Assembly: GCA_013239625.1 (NCBI GenBank)
Contig: MU056050.1
Span: forward strand, 2,528,084-2,592,083
Direction of reading: 5' to 3'
Origin: Lama guanicoe
Lineage: Eukaryota
DNA: 64,000 bases
Translations under genes and position numbers: made by a program
The notes under the pieces: generated by a model
What the model was told of the DNA's origin: nothing
Databases searched by the model: none
The model's input: the letters and a program-made list of their open reading frames with translations, nothing else
Shown here: positions 26,700 through 38,650 of the stretch, one piece after another
How positions within the stretch are numbered: the first letter of the stretch is position 1
Layout: each line of letters begins with the position of its first letter

Positions 26700-27640
26700 A
26701 ATTGCCTTAGTAATACATGCTAACTGTAAAAAATTAACATGAGGAAGCAATATATAAAGTGAAAAGTAAAATTACAGGCCCTAAAATCCTACATCATCTC
26801 TACAGGTAACTATTGTGAGGTCTCTTGTATACTTTTCAAGACTGTTTTTATGCTTATACAAGCACATTTATGTTTGTTAATATATATATTCACAAATGGG
26901 GTCATACTATTTGTAATTTGATTTTATTTCACTTAACCTATCCTAGACATATTTTTGCATCAGTAGGTAAATATATACTTAATTGCTTTAATGATGGGCA
27001 TAGAATACCATTGTAGGGATGTATCACAATTTCTTTAACCAGTCCCCTAATGATGCCATTTCTATTGTTGTCAGTTTCTCTTTATTACAAAGCTGTAATA
27101 AAATTTTTTCTAAGTATATCCTTGTATAATTTGTATGAGCACATCTGTATGACAGATTCCTAGAAATGGAAATGCTACGTCAATTTTACATTTTACGTTG
27201 TGAGATAACTTTTTTTTTTAACAATTTACACTCTCATCAATGGTATGAGAATTTGTAGTTCTTCACCAACAGAGTACTGTCCAAATTTAAAATATCTGCC
27301 AATCTGATAGAAGTGGTATTTAATTTGCATATCTTAGTGGTGAATGAAGTTGAGCACTGTTTTACATATTTTATATATTTATTAGCCATTTGCATTTCTT
27401 GTCCAATAAGTTGACTGTTTTTATCTTTTGTCCATTCTTCTATTGCAGTACTTTCATGTTATTGATTTGTGAGAATTCTTTACATATTGCAGAAATTAGC
27501 CTTTTTCATTCATGTAGCAAATATTTCCTCACAGCTTATAGTTTATCTTTTGACTTTGTTTATGGTATTTTGATATACATCATTTAAAATTTCTGTGGAC
27601 TCTTCAGGCTTCTGGATCATAGGTCATATTTAGAATGGTG
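26700..27640 (-). mobile_element. Old L1ME-type fragment
   Basis: atctgccaatctgatag...tttaatttgcatatctt...gaagttgagcac...attagccatttgcatttctt. Confidence 0.7.
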
Positions 27641-30302
27641 ATAGAAAATATAAAAAAAAATATGTTTGCTATCTAGAGTAGGAGACTATGTGGAAGACCT
27701 AATTATAATCAGAAGCTTGCTCCATTTGTATGGACTCAGAGAAAAGGGAATTGTGGGAAGCTTTATCCAAGCTGTGGTAAGGCTGGAGGATTATCTCCGC
27801 TACACTGTATAGTATGCATTTCTAGTGACCAAAATATTTCTGCATCAAATAGTGTCTTGCCCTTTACACAGTATCACATGTTCTAAATATTCAACTTTAC
27901 TTTTTCAGTATTTCTTATCAGGCAGCAAAAGATTCTGCTATTGCAATGTTATCTTGTGAAGGACATCTACAAATAATTAAGATTAAAGCTTATTTTACAT
28001 CAGTTACATATTTTATTTGACGGATTTTCTCATTTTGTCTTCAAATTCTAAGGGTGCATTCTTGGTTTTTCAGTATCCTAGAAATAAATTCCACTTCTCA
28101 GGATGGGACTGTGATCTGCACATATTGAAGGTTTAATAAATATTTTCTGAATGAACTCTAGAAAAAAGCTACTGTGAAACATTCTTAAATATTGGTATAA
28201 ATTTGCTATAAAATTTATTTCTGATGTTACACCAGTTTGTTATTAACCTTCTTCAGTGTTATCTTTTACAAAATGAAACTAAGTTTACTAAACAGAGGAA
28301 CTTTTCAATTTTGTTCAAAGTATAAAATTGTTTAAAGAAGTATCAGTTGCTAGAAAATCAGCTGAGAATATAAATTTATAAAATAGATGAAAAACTGTTA
28401 GCACCATGTACTATAAATGTAATGTTTGGAGCAGAAAATCAGTAGTTTTCATCTAGTATTAAAACAGGAAATCATTTAATATCAATTGATATTAAATTGG
28501 CACAACTGAACTAAATTAATGTAAAATGATTTGATACAGAGCCCAATTTTTCTATTACTTTAAGTGGAATTTTGCATTAACTTATATAACTGTAAATTTT
28601 CCACTATTCCGTTTAATGCTCTAGCTGCATCATTCTGTAACTTCAATCTATTAAAAACTATAATATTCTACCAAAGATGGTCTATTAAAGAAATGGAAAT
28701 TTATTTTGAATAGTATTCCACTCCCCAAAGCTTCAGAGGTTAAGTAAAAATGTCTCAGATTTTACTTCTTGTTATTGATATTTAGATGTTTCTGTTTAAC
28801 TTTTATTGTTCAGGTGATTAAATATACCATAACTCTTTTTTAAAGTTGCAGGGAAAAAAAAAAAACCCCAGTAAGCACAGAGGATAGGAGAGAAACTAGA
28901 CACAGGCGTGTAAGGAATATAACTTAAGGACTGAAAAAAATCATTATATTGCATTATGAATGCTTTAGAAGTGATACCGGGTGAATTCTCGATTTACACT
29001 GGGCTTCTTGCATTATTTCTCGTTTGGAAAATTTGTCTTGTTATTAAATACATTTATTCCTTTTCTTCTAACTGAAACCTAGTATTAAAGGAATAGCTTA
29101 ACCAAAATTTAAAAAACAAAGAAACAGAAACGAAGAGCTCTTATTAAATAGACACTATTGTATAAATCAGGGAACTTCTGTAACAGCAATGGAAACACTG
29201 TCATAGGTCACGTCTTCCTGTCCTAGGAAAAGCGGCGCTTCGGAGGGGACAGGCCCTCCCCTAGTTGATCTCCCCCGCGTAGAGAGCTCTCGGCGGTCAA
29301 AGGTCCGGGATGCTGGATTCGAAACAAACAAGCCAACCAAAAAAAGGGTGATAAAGACTTGACTTAACCCGGGTCGAAGAAGCCTAAGGGTTTCTTTTGT
29401 ATTTTAAACATCTTGGGGGAGGGGTGAGGAGGCAGGATAAAAAGGAACCAAAATGCTTAACAAAGTCGCGAAGCCGCCTCCGCCCACGCTTCCAGGAAGA
29501 CGGTGGAAAAGCGGGGGAGGCAGGGAAAACCCGGTAGGGGCTCCTCGACTCCTTCGGCCCGAATTTCGATTTCCCTACAGTGCGCTCCGTCCCGTTTCCT
29601 CCACTCCGCCCGAAGAGTGGAGAATAAACTGGTCGAACGCCCAGCCTAGCCTAGTAGCCCAGTCCCCTAAGTCTCCTAGACCCTGGAAAGAGAGACCACA
29701 TTTTCTACGAGACGGGACTAGTGTTGTATAGGGAAAAAAAAATTTTTTTTTCCCTCCAGCGCCAGGTCTTCCCGGTAGAGAATCAGTTCGCTTTTCCTCT
29801 ACACCCGAAGCAAAAAGGAAGCAAAACAAAACAAAAACTCAAAAAACCACCCCGCTGCATCACTTAGGATCAGGTGCTGGAGTTACGCGAGTTTTCTTTC
29901 GGTGGGAAGGAGTAAGGGGCGCGGTGATGCGAGGGTCCGGGATCTAGGGCCGAAGGCCCCCCACTCTGGGGCGTGTCACAGGAGGGGACACCGAAGGGTG
30001 ATGCTCGACTGGGCTGCCACCTCGGGCGGCGCGGGGGGCGGAGGGACCCGGGGCACGAGTCCTCAGCTAGCCCAGTTTCCGATTTCCCACGGCGCTAGGC
30101 TCCGCCGGACATTCCTATCACCCTCCCCTCGACCCCCCAATAAAAAAAAAGAGGAAACGCGGCCCAACCGGCTGCGCTGCGGAAGCGCTGCTAAACGAAT
30201 GAGTAAGTCAGGCGCGGGCACGGCACCTTGTTTACCCCACTAGGCCGCGCGCCCCTGCGGGCGCCTAGCTGGGAGGCGGCGTCGGAGACGCTGAACCCGG
30301 GA

Positions 30303-30529
30303 NNNNNNNNNNNNNNNNNNNNNNNNNNNNNNNNNNNNNNNNNNNNNNNNNNNNNNNNNNNNNNNNNNNNNNNNNNNNNNNNNNNNNNNNNNNNNNNNNN
30401 NNNNNNNNNNNNNNNNNNNNNNNNNNNNNNNNNNNNNNNNNNNNNNNNNNNNNNNNNNNNNNNNNNNNNNNNNNNNNNNNNNNNNNNNNNNNNNNNNNNN
30501 NNNNNNNNNNNNNNNNNNNNNNNNNNNNN
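30303..30529. other. Assembly gap (227 N) over the STAG2 TSS region
   Basis: Run of N. Confidence 1.
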
Positions 30530-30754
30530 AAAAAAAAACCCGCCGGATCCGACCGCCACTTTCAAAACCCCCCACCGCTCTAGAACCGCGGGAGCTTCCG
30601 TCCCTGAGTAGAATTCGAGGGTGTAAAGAAGAGGAAGGGAAAAATATCTTGTACCAGCCCAGGGGTGAAGAAGCCCCCGGCCTAAGAAAGAAGGAAGGAG
30701 GAGTGGGGGAGGCGAACAGTCTCGTTGCTGCCTCTGTGTACGCTGAGGGGGGAG
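30530..30754 (+). other. STAG2: STAG2 non-coding first exon (5' end lost in the gap)
   Basis: aaaaaaacccgccggatccgaccgccactttcaaaaccccccaccgctctagaaccgcgggagcttccgtccctgagtagaattcgagg matches the human STAG2 5' UTR as recalled. It ends at a consensus donor GAG|GTAAGT (30755). Confidence 0.85.
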
Positions 30755-31519
30755 GTAAGTTATAAAATGGCGGAGGCGAAGCTTCTAGAAGTTTGGAGGG
30801 GCACCCGGAGGGCGCGGGGCCCACCGTGAGGCGCGTGTGGTTGAAATAGGGCGAGAGAGAGGACTTGGGAGGGGAAGAGACTGGGCACTCTTGCCGTTTA
30901 ATTTCCCCTCTTCTTCCTTTGCCCCCAGCGGGGCCGGCTGTGGAGCTGGCGGCCAAGTGAAGGCGGGGAGAAGCCGCCCCGTCCCCGCGTAACCCCCAGC
31001 CCTTCTTTCTCGCCTCTTCCCCCAAGTAGCTTTCTCAACACTACCAAGGAACTTCCAGCCCCCCTTCCTCCCTACCTCCTACTCCTAGAGTGGCTTTCTA
31101 CCGCAGGACTCTTGCTTTCGACTACCCTTGCTGAAGGTTTTCCTTCCCTCGTCCCACTCTCCCTCGGGGCCTCCACGGAGACCCCCCCCATGGGTGGCCC
31201 AAAATGGAGAACGCGGAGCAGCGCAAGATGGAGGCTCTGCTTCTCGGTGTAGCGTTAGATTTAGGTGCCTTTTCTCCGGCAGGCTCTTAAGCCTGGGAGA
31301 GCCCTGACTGGAGGTGGGGTGGGGTGCGAGCCGTAGTGGGGGAGGAAGGCCGGGCAGCCGTGCTTGGGGTGGGGGGGAGCGCGGTATCGCGGCGAGGGGA
31401 AGGAAGAGAGCAAAATGGTGGTGCTGGGAACCTAGGGGGGAGGGGAGGCGAGGAGGCTCGCTTGTGTATATTTGGGCCTCGGACCGAGGGAGGCGAGGGA
31501 AAATCTACTCTGATCACAC

Positions 31520-31736
31520 CCCTCCCTCCTGCCCCCTCCCTTCTGCCTTCCCCTCCTTCCTTTCCTCCCTCCCTCCTCTCCCTCCCTCTCTTCCTCCCTT
31601 CCTAGAGAGGGAACAACATTCATGTGACGGGCCCCTCTGCTTCTCCCCCGCCCCATCATCTCCAGCGCGTGGTGGGGGAACTGCCGGGGAAAGCGATTGG
31701 CATCGATCTCTCCATCCCTTCCGAGGCCCGACTTCG
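31520..31736 (+). other. STAG2: STAG2 alternative non-coding first exon (start approximate)
   Basis: Pyrimidine-rich start, then gagagggaacaacattcatgtgac...ggcatcgatctctccatccc, recalled from alternative STAG2 5' UTRs. Donor TCG|GTCAGT at 31737. Confidence 0.65.
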
Positions 31737-34700
31737 GTCAGTTTTCTTCGGGCAACAATTCTCTAAATAGGCTGGGGTCTGGCGGTGTTGGCCCCCGCGT
31801 GCAGACCTTGCCCCGAAGGGGGCCCTGCCTGCCTGGCATGGGAGGAGGGGGGAAGGGCGGGAGTGGAAGGCTGTTTGTTGGGGGGTTTTGGCGCCACTTT
31901 TGTTTTAGTTTTAGTGCTGCTTTTCGTTCCCACCCCCACCCGCACTGTCTTTCTCAAGGCACGAACTGAGCCGATCCTTGCCCCAGGTAGGCAGCTTCTG
32001 CTTTTTCCCTCCACACTTTTATTCTTGCTTGGGGTTGACTTTCTTTTTTTCTCCTCTCACGTACCCGGTGATCTGCGGACGGCCACTTTAGGACGGAAAG
32101 GGTCGGATGGGCCATGGGAGAGAGAAGGTGTGGGAAACAGCATCAAGTAGTTCCGCAAAACTTTGAGCCCCGTTCCCATTTTCTTCTGGCCTATATTCGT
32201 AAACGTATTGTTGATTTCTGCTCCCCTTTTTTTCCCCCGTCGCGAGAATGTCTTGTTTTGCCTTTAGTTTTTTATAAACCGCTGTACTTTCGACATTTAG
32301 TTTCCGCTCCCCCGTGGTGTATATGTCATTTTATTTTTAATCCTGAACTGTAATGGGTTTTATCGTGTGATTTTTTTTCGTGCTGCAGTGTTCAGCTTTA
32401 ATTTTTAATATTGCATTAGTAGTTTCATCTCGTTTGTGAGACTTTCTCCTCCGTGGCCTAGAAATGTTTTATATGTTGTTGCCTACCGCTCCCTCTTCCC
32501 TCTCCCTCCTCCGTTCTCTTGGATGTAGTTTTTCAATTGAGGGTCATGGTATTTGATTAAATGGTTATTTACAGTTTACGTGATATATCTATTGGAAACT
32601 TTTGATCTCTAGGATTAGATTTAAGTACACGAAAAGCTTCTGTTGGTTTGAAATGGCTCCTTAAAATGCGCGGGCCGTCCCCCCCGCCCCTCCCGTAAAG
32701 CCCCATCTTCCCCTCACACTGGAGTGTAAATTCCATACCCCTTTTCTCCCACGGACCGCCGTATTTCACAGCAGCCACACCCTGTATTTGTCTCTGTGGA
32801 TTGGACTCATTATCAGCTTAATTTAGTGACTCTTAAACCACCATGATGGGACTTGCTTAAGCACGAAGCTTCTTTTCCTGTTTAGTCCTAGTGGTTAGTG
32901 TCGAAAGAGGAATAATCGAGGTTTCTTGATGAAACCTGGTGCGGTCCAACCTCTGCCTTTTTTCTGTTGTCTTTTTTTCCTACTCCGGGCTGTTGGCGGT
33001 GTCAGCACCGCTGCTGGGGGCGGGGGTGGAGGGGAGAAAGAGTCGGGTTACCGAAGTGCGTCATTCCTGGCTCTAGCATGGCCTGCTCGGGAGCTGCTGG
33101 TGTTTGTTACTGTCCTCGCAGCACTTTCCTGCCAACCTTCTCTCTCTGCGTATTGGTTAGGAGCAAAAGCAGGAGGCGGTCTCCTAATTCTATCTGTACC
33201 CTAGCGCGTTGCGTTTAAGGGTATATGTGAACTTATTTAAAAAAAAAAGGCCCTTGGAAAGTGGATACATTTCTGTTTAATGACATACAATTTAGGTAGT
33301 TTAGACTTGCTTTCATATATTTCCCAATGAACGGTGGGGTTAATTTTGAACATTTTAAACCACTTACGTTAGAATGTCTGGCTTTCTTTCTACATTGATA
33401 TCAATCTATAATTAGGAATCAGAAGGACCAGTTAAAGCATAAGGGTTCAGCGGTTTTTCAAGTGGTTGAATTGTAATTTTATGACACATTTTGTTACATA
33501 GTTTTTTTTTTCGTTTTGAACCTAGGTACTACGTGAATGTAAGCTAATTGCAGATGTTTAAGTTCATTTTTATCACATATTCCTATTTACCCTTTTAGAT
33601 GTAATTTTAAGTATGTCCTTTGAAGCTTATGGACTTCATTAGAATTCTTAAAGATGGCTATTTCCTTTAAAAAAAACTGAATTCTTTAAAAAAATTACTA
33701 GCAAGTTTTATACGGTGGCTGTACAGTTACATTGTTAGCTTCTTGGCTTCTTGCTAGTCTTTGATACTTTTGTTATCTTTGGATTTTTCTCAGTGTACTT
33801 ACTGAGCACAGTGTCATCCTCTTAATTCTTTTCTGAAGATAATAATTGGGAGGGAGAGGTGGAAGGTAGAGATGAAACAAAAGTGGCCGTGAGTTGATGA
33901 TTGTAGCTGGGTGATGAGTACAGGAGAGCTCATTGTACTACTATTCTCTACTTTTGTGTGTAGTTGAATGTTTCCATAATTAAACAAAAAATTTTGAAGA
34001 AAAAATTTCTAATTGTCTTGCAATTTTGAAGTAATTATTTTAGTTTATTTACATATTTGCATGGAAGACTTGGCCTTGTGTATAGGTAATTACACAATGA
34101 TATACAGACTCAAAAATATTTAAATTAAACAGTATAGAATGAGCAAAATAAATGCTTTTATAAATTGGTTGTACTTTAAATATTTGTAACTTAGTCTCAG
34201 TGTGCTCTACTTTTAGTTTCTTTTTTAATCCTTTGAAAATAGAAAATTCCATTTGCAAATTTTGTAAATTCTGCTTGGTGTTTATTTCATTAAGTTGGAG
34301 TTCCAGTGAGTCAGTATGAAAGGGATTTACTATTAATAGGAGGGGCTTTGGCAGTTGGAATAAGTGACTGTGGAAGGGATTCCGGTGCCCTAGGGAGCAT
34401 TCCTGGTAAGAAGATCGAGGTAGGAGTTGAATTCAACTCCAGTATTTGGTGTTTAATGAATGGGTAGAGAACAGGATTGGAAAAGAAAATGTACTTATTA
34501 GCTATTCTTTCTCACTGTGAAATAACTATAGCATTCTAAGCTATCAGAGACTGGCAGTGAGGGTGGGGTAGGTTCTTTTTTTTTTTCCAAACTGATATGA
34601 AAATGAATGTTTACATATAAAATGAGTTAACTCTCCCCCCACCTTTAACCATCTGGTGCTATAAATAGTTAAAAGTTGATGTGTAAAATATTTTAATATT

Positions 34701-36704
34701 TTATGTTAAGAACTTCTGACCCATCAACACTAAAGTAAAAATGCATTGCGGTTAAAACTGTCAGTATCCTTAATAAGTGTATTAGTAAATTGCTCCTACA
34801 AAGAATTTGTAAATTATTTGAAGGTAAATGCCTTATTATCTGCCACTTTTTGTTGTTCAGTGTCAGGTTTTTTCACCCTGTGAGATGTACTTTTGAATAT
34901 ATGTCAAAGTTCTAAAGGGAACCCAAAATAATGGATATTTAATTTTTATGTTTGGTGAAGTGTGTTCCCTAAAAGCAAAATTCCACCCTAGGCTGGGAAC
35001 AGACATTTCATAATTAATATTAGTCTGTTTATGTATTTTATGTTCGACCTTTTAGCTTTAAAAGGATGTTAAATAGAAAACATATATTTTGAATTTTTAT
35101 TCAGATGCAAATAATCTTGAATAGTTGATGAGGATTGACTTCAGATTTATTTTATTGTGGTCAGGTAAGAACTAAACTACTAAACCAACAAATTATGAGT
35201 GGCAGTTTTGAAGTTTGTTTAGTTAGGATTTTTTTTTTAAGCCCAAGTACTCAAGATTTTAATGAAATTAAACTACATTATTTTTTCATTGTTTTCTTTT
35301 TCAACCTTAATGATGTCGGTGGGCGCCTGAGAACCTGCGAATTTAAATGGGTGGGGGACAGCCTCATGCTCAGATTATCCTTTTGGAATACAGGGTTAGA
35401 TGTGAAAATACGCCTTGGATAGTTTAGTAATGCTTAATATTCTGCATGTTTAGCTGATGCCACCCACAGTCATGTGTGGGAAGGGAGTAAACAGTGAATA
35501 GCATATTCTTTTTGCATAATAGGTAGAAGACTAAGTTTTTGATGTTGCAAGTTAACTTTTTGAGCTTAAAATTTACAGTAGATGAACACAATGATCTATT
35601 ACATTTCAGTGGGAAAAGGTTCATATCTCTTTAATGTGACTTTTTCGTGTCTCACATGTTAAAAAAAGCTGGCCTTGTTTTAGCACTTTGAAATTGCTAT
35701 TAGACTATTTGAAGACTTGAAAACAACAGATTACTGTGCAGTGGAGCACCATGGTATACTTATTTTGGGAGTTGGGGAGCATAGCAAAGGCATTGGGATA
35801 GTGCCAGTTAGCTTTGGGTGTCAGTCTATATTGAAACGTTAACTATTGAAGAGTGAAGAAGAAACTTTAAAGATACAAATCATTTTAAAAGTTCTTAATG
35901 TTTTCCTTTTGTAATTTCTACATTTGATACATATTTAGGACTTTTAATTTGTGATTCAGTACTGTCCCTGTGTAATAATTCTGTATATTTCCGGCTATCT
36001 CGAGTGCTGGTTATTGCATGTTCTATTTGGCAACGATATGTGAGAAAACGAATTGTCAGCTTGATTTTTTTTTCAGTCGCCTGAGTCGCCTGCTTTGCAT
36101 TTAATTTAACCAAATTTTATATTTCTTCAGTGTAAATGGTGTTGCATGGTGTAGTCTTGATTTTTGTGTATGTGCATTTAAAAAAAAACTATCTCTTTAG
36201 CAGCCGTAGTAATCTTCTACCTGAACTGTATTTTTAATATATGCTTGCTGTACTTCTGTTTTTGGTACTAACTAGAAGAAAACAAGTCTTTACATATGAT
36301 TAGTCTAGTCAATAGATTATCAAAATTGTTTTAAACCCCACCCCTTCCCCCAAGGTAGGGTGAATAGTATGATGGTCTCTTTTTTTTTAATTATTATTTT
36401 AATTGAAAAATACATGACTAGGCTTGATGAGACATACTAGGGAGATTTCTAGAAACTGGATAATCTAATGTACAACTCAAAGGTAAAATTTCTTTATAAA
36501 AAATATGTTGTCTAAATGCTGTTGAACCTTGTTAGAGGGGGGAAAAAGTAAGTCCTGTTTACACTTTTGCTTGGATAACACTGTAATGGGATTTGACCTA
36601 TAACTTGTTGAATCCTGAGATAGTCTAAGAAACTCTTAATTTAGTTGCCATTTGAATGCCTTTTTAATGCCAATGACTGTACTAAATGTTTTAAAATGTA
36701 TTGT

Positions 36705-36860
36705 TTAATCTTCTCAGCAACATTACAAGATAGGTGGTTGTCATTTTACAGATGGGAAAACTGAGGTTCTCTAAGAATAAATGACTTGTCATGTGATAAT
36801 CATTGACAGCCTGAATTCATACCCAAATTAGTTTGACCTCAAAACCTTTGTACTCTTGTT
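36705..36860 (-). mobile_element. MIR SINE
   Basis: cattttacagatgggaaaactgaggt. Confidence 0.65.
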
Positions 36861-38324
36861 AAGCTCAGTAGTTTCTCTTAACTTACTTAGATCTTTGGAA
36901 TATTTAGCACCAGAAAGCATGTATCGTTTCAGTGTTGGAAAATGAAGATTTTTTTCTTGTATAGTGCGGGGTAAATGCAGATTTTTTACACAGGGTTGGA
37001 TGGCTTGCTGCCTGATGAAAGGTCTAAATTGTGTTTTATACTAATAACTGAAATAGTTGAAATAGATCTGAGCTTTGGTTTTGCTTGAGTATGCGAACTA
37101 TACAGAAGTTTGTGGGATTATATGTTGAATTGTATTCTTGATTTTTTTGGGGGGGTTGTACTATGATATATGGTAGAATGGTTTCACTAATTTTTTTGTC
37201 ATTTAAGTTCTATATAGAGTGGAGGCTAAATGTGTCTGAGAATAGTTCTCCAATCATTCAGCATATTTATTGAATGATTTGAAATAAAATTTTAGGTGAC
37301 TCTTATAGTTCAGTGCTCTGATTGGTTCTGTAGGGGGGATTTTTGTTATTTAATGGTACCTTAAAAATATTTTATTTCCTTCTAAGTGTTAATACTGCCT
37401 CTGTTTCTACTTTCTATTCTAGTTCATCTTTTCACTTTATTAAATTTTCTTGTTCTTATTTTTTATCAGATAATAGTTAATATTACTGCCCTGGATTATT
37501 TGGTTCATTAGTGATTAGAATCTTGGTTTTCTTTGCTTTTCCTCTTTCTCCTTCCTGCTCTTCATAAACTGTAACTAGAACTTTTCTTATCCAAAGGAAT
37601 GCTAGGTATTGTATATCTGGCCTAAGATAAATTAGTGGAGATGAGGTAAAACTGAAAATATTAGTGCTTTTCACAGCCGTGAGTCAAATTTATATGTTTT
37701 ATGTTAATCATTTCCTTAAACTTCATTCTGTAGGTAATATTTTTCTAGGTGACACATTCTTTTACACAGATTCTTTGTTCAATATTGAATCTTTTCATCC
37801 ATATTTTTTCCCTTTGTAGTCCAAGAGTACCGAGACCCTGGTGTTCTACGACAGAATTATGCCCCAAGGCATCGATTGTATGTAATGAATTAGTTTCTGT
37901 CCTGTGCACCTAGAAAGATACCGGTTATGTACTATTCTTGGGAGAATTCAGGAAATTGTCAGTCGAATCATTTTCTGAGTTTTATGGTTATTAACATGAG
38001 GAACCCTGGTTGAGAAAGGCTGCTAGAATGTTAGGTACTTGGTTTGGCACTAAATAATGTTGTAGTTTTCTGTCAGTAACCCTAATTTAGCCTCTACTAA
38101 AAACTTACGTTTGATAAAACATGAATGCAGTTGATAATATTGCCATCTCTGTGGGATAAATTGGTTAGTTTTGATTTCAAGCAGTTAGTGCTACTTAAGT
38201 TGTTTTAAAGAATTGAATATTGAATGTGGGAAGTTGAATAATTTTTTTGTAAAAAAGAATATCGTGGGAACTCTGTTCATTCTTACTCAAAACCTTTCAT
38301 AAGAAGCTTTTGACAGTGACTAAC

Positions 38325-38650
38325 ATGAACAATAGCTAACACTAACTGTGCTCTTACTATGTGCCAGCCACTGCTATAAATGCTTTATGTGTATTCGCTC
38401 ACCTGATAACCTTCTAAGGGTGGCCATATGATTTATTGTTCAAACTAGTATACTCTTGAGAGTGAAAGGAGGCACTAACCAGATGGCATGCTGGGATAAT
38501 AGTATAAACTAGGACTTTCCCAGAGAAACTAGGATGTATGATGACCCTAATTAATACCACCCCCACCCTTCCAGAAGAGAAAACCAAAACATGGGGAGGC
38601 CAAGTAACTTGCCCAATTAATAAGTGGCAGGAAGGGATTTGGAACCTCTA
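38325..38650 (-). mobile_element. MIR SINE interrupted by MER94
   Basis: aatagctaacac...cttactatgtgccagccactgctataaatgctttatg ... aagtaacttgccca...taagtggcag. Confidence 0.65.
38416..38549. mobile_element. MER94-like hAT-Blackjack MITE
   Basis: Ends agggtggccata / tatgatgaccct; internal ttgagagtgaaagg; ~134 bp. Confidence 0.8.

Larger units (their letters stand above)
29210..33220. promoter_or_regulatory. STAG2: CpG island / promoter region of STAG2
   Basis: Sharp rise in GC and CpG density relative to the AT-rich flanks; GC boxes; contains the first exons. Confidence 0.9.

Noticed and set aside
29453..33218. Numerous 80-260 aa ORFs in the CpG island
   Set aside because: Low-complexity G/P/R-rich translations expected from GC-rich DNA. 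Several span the N gap, and none resembles STAG2 or another known protein.
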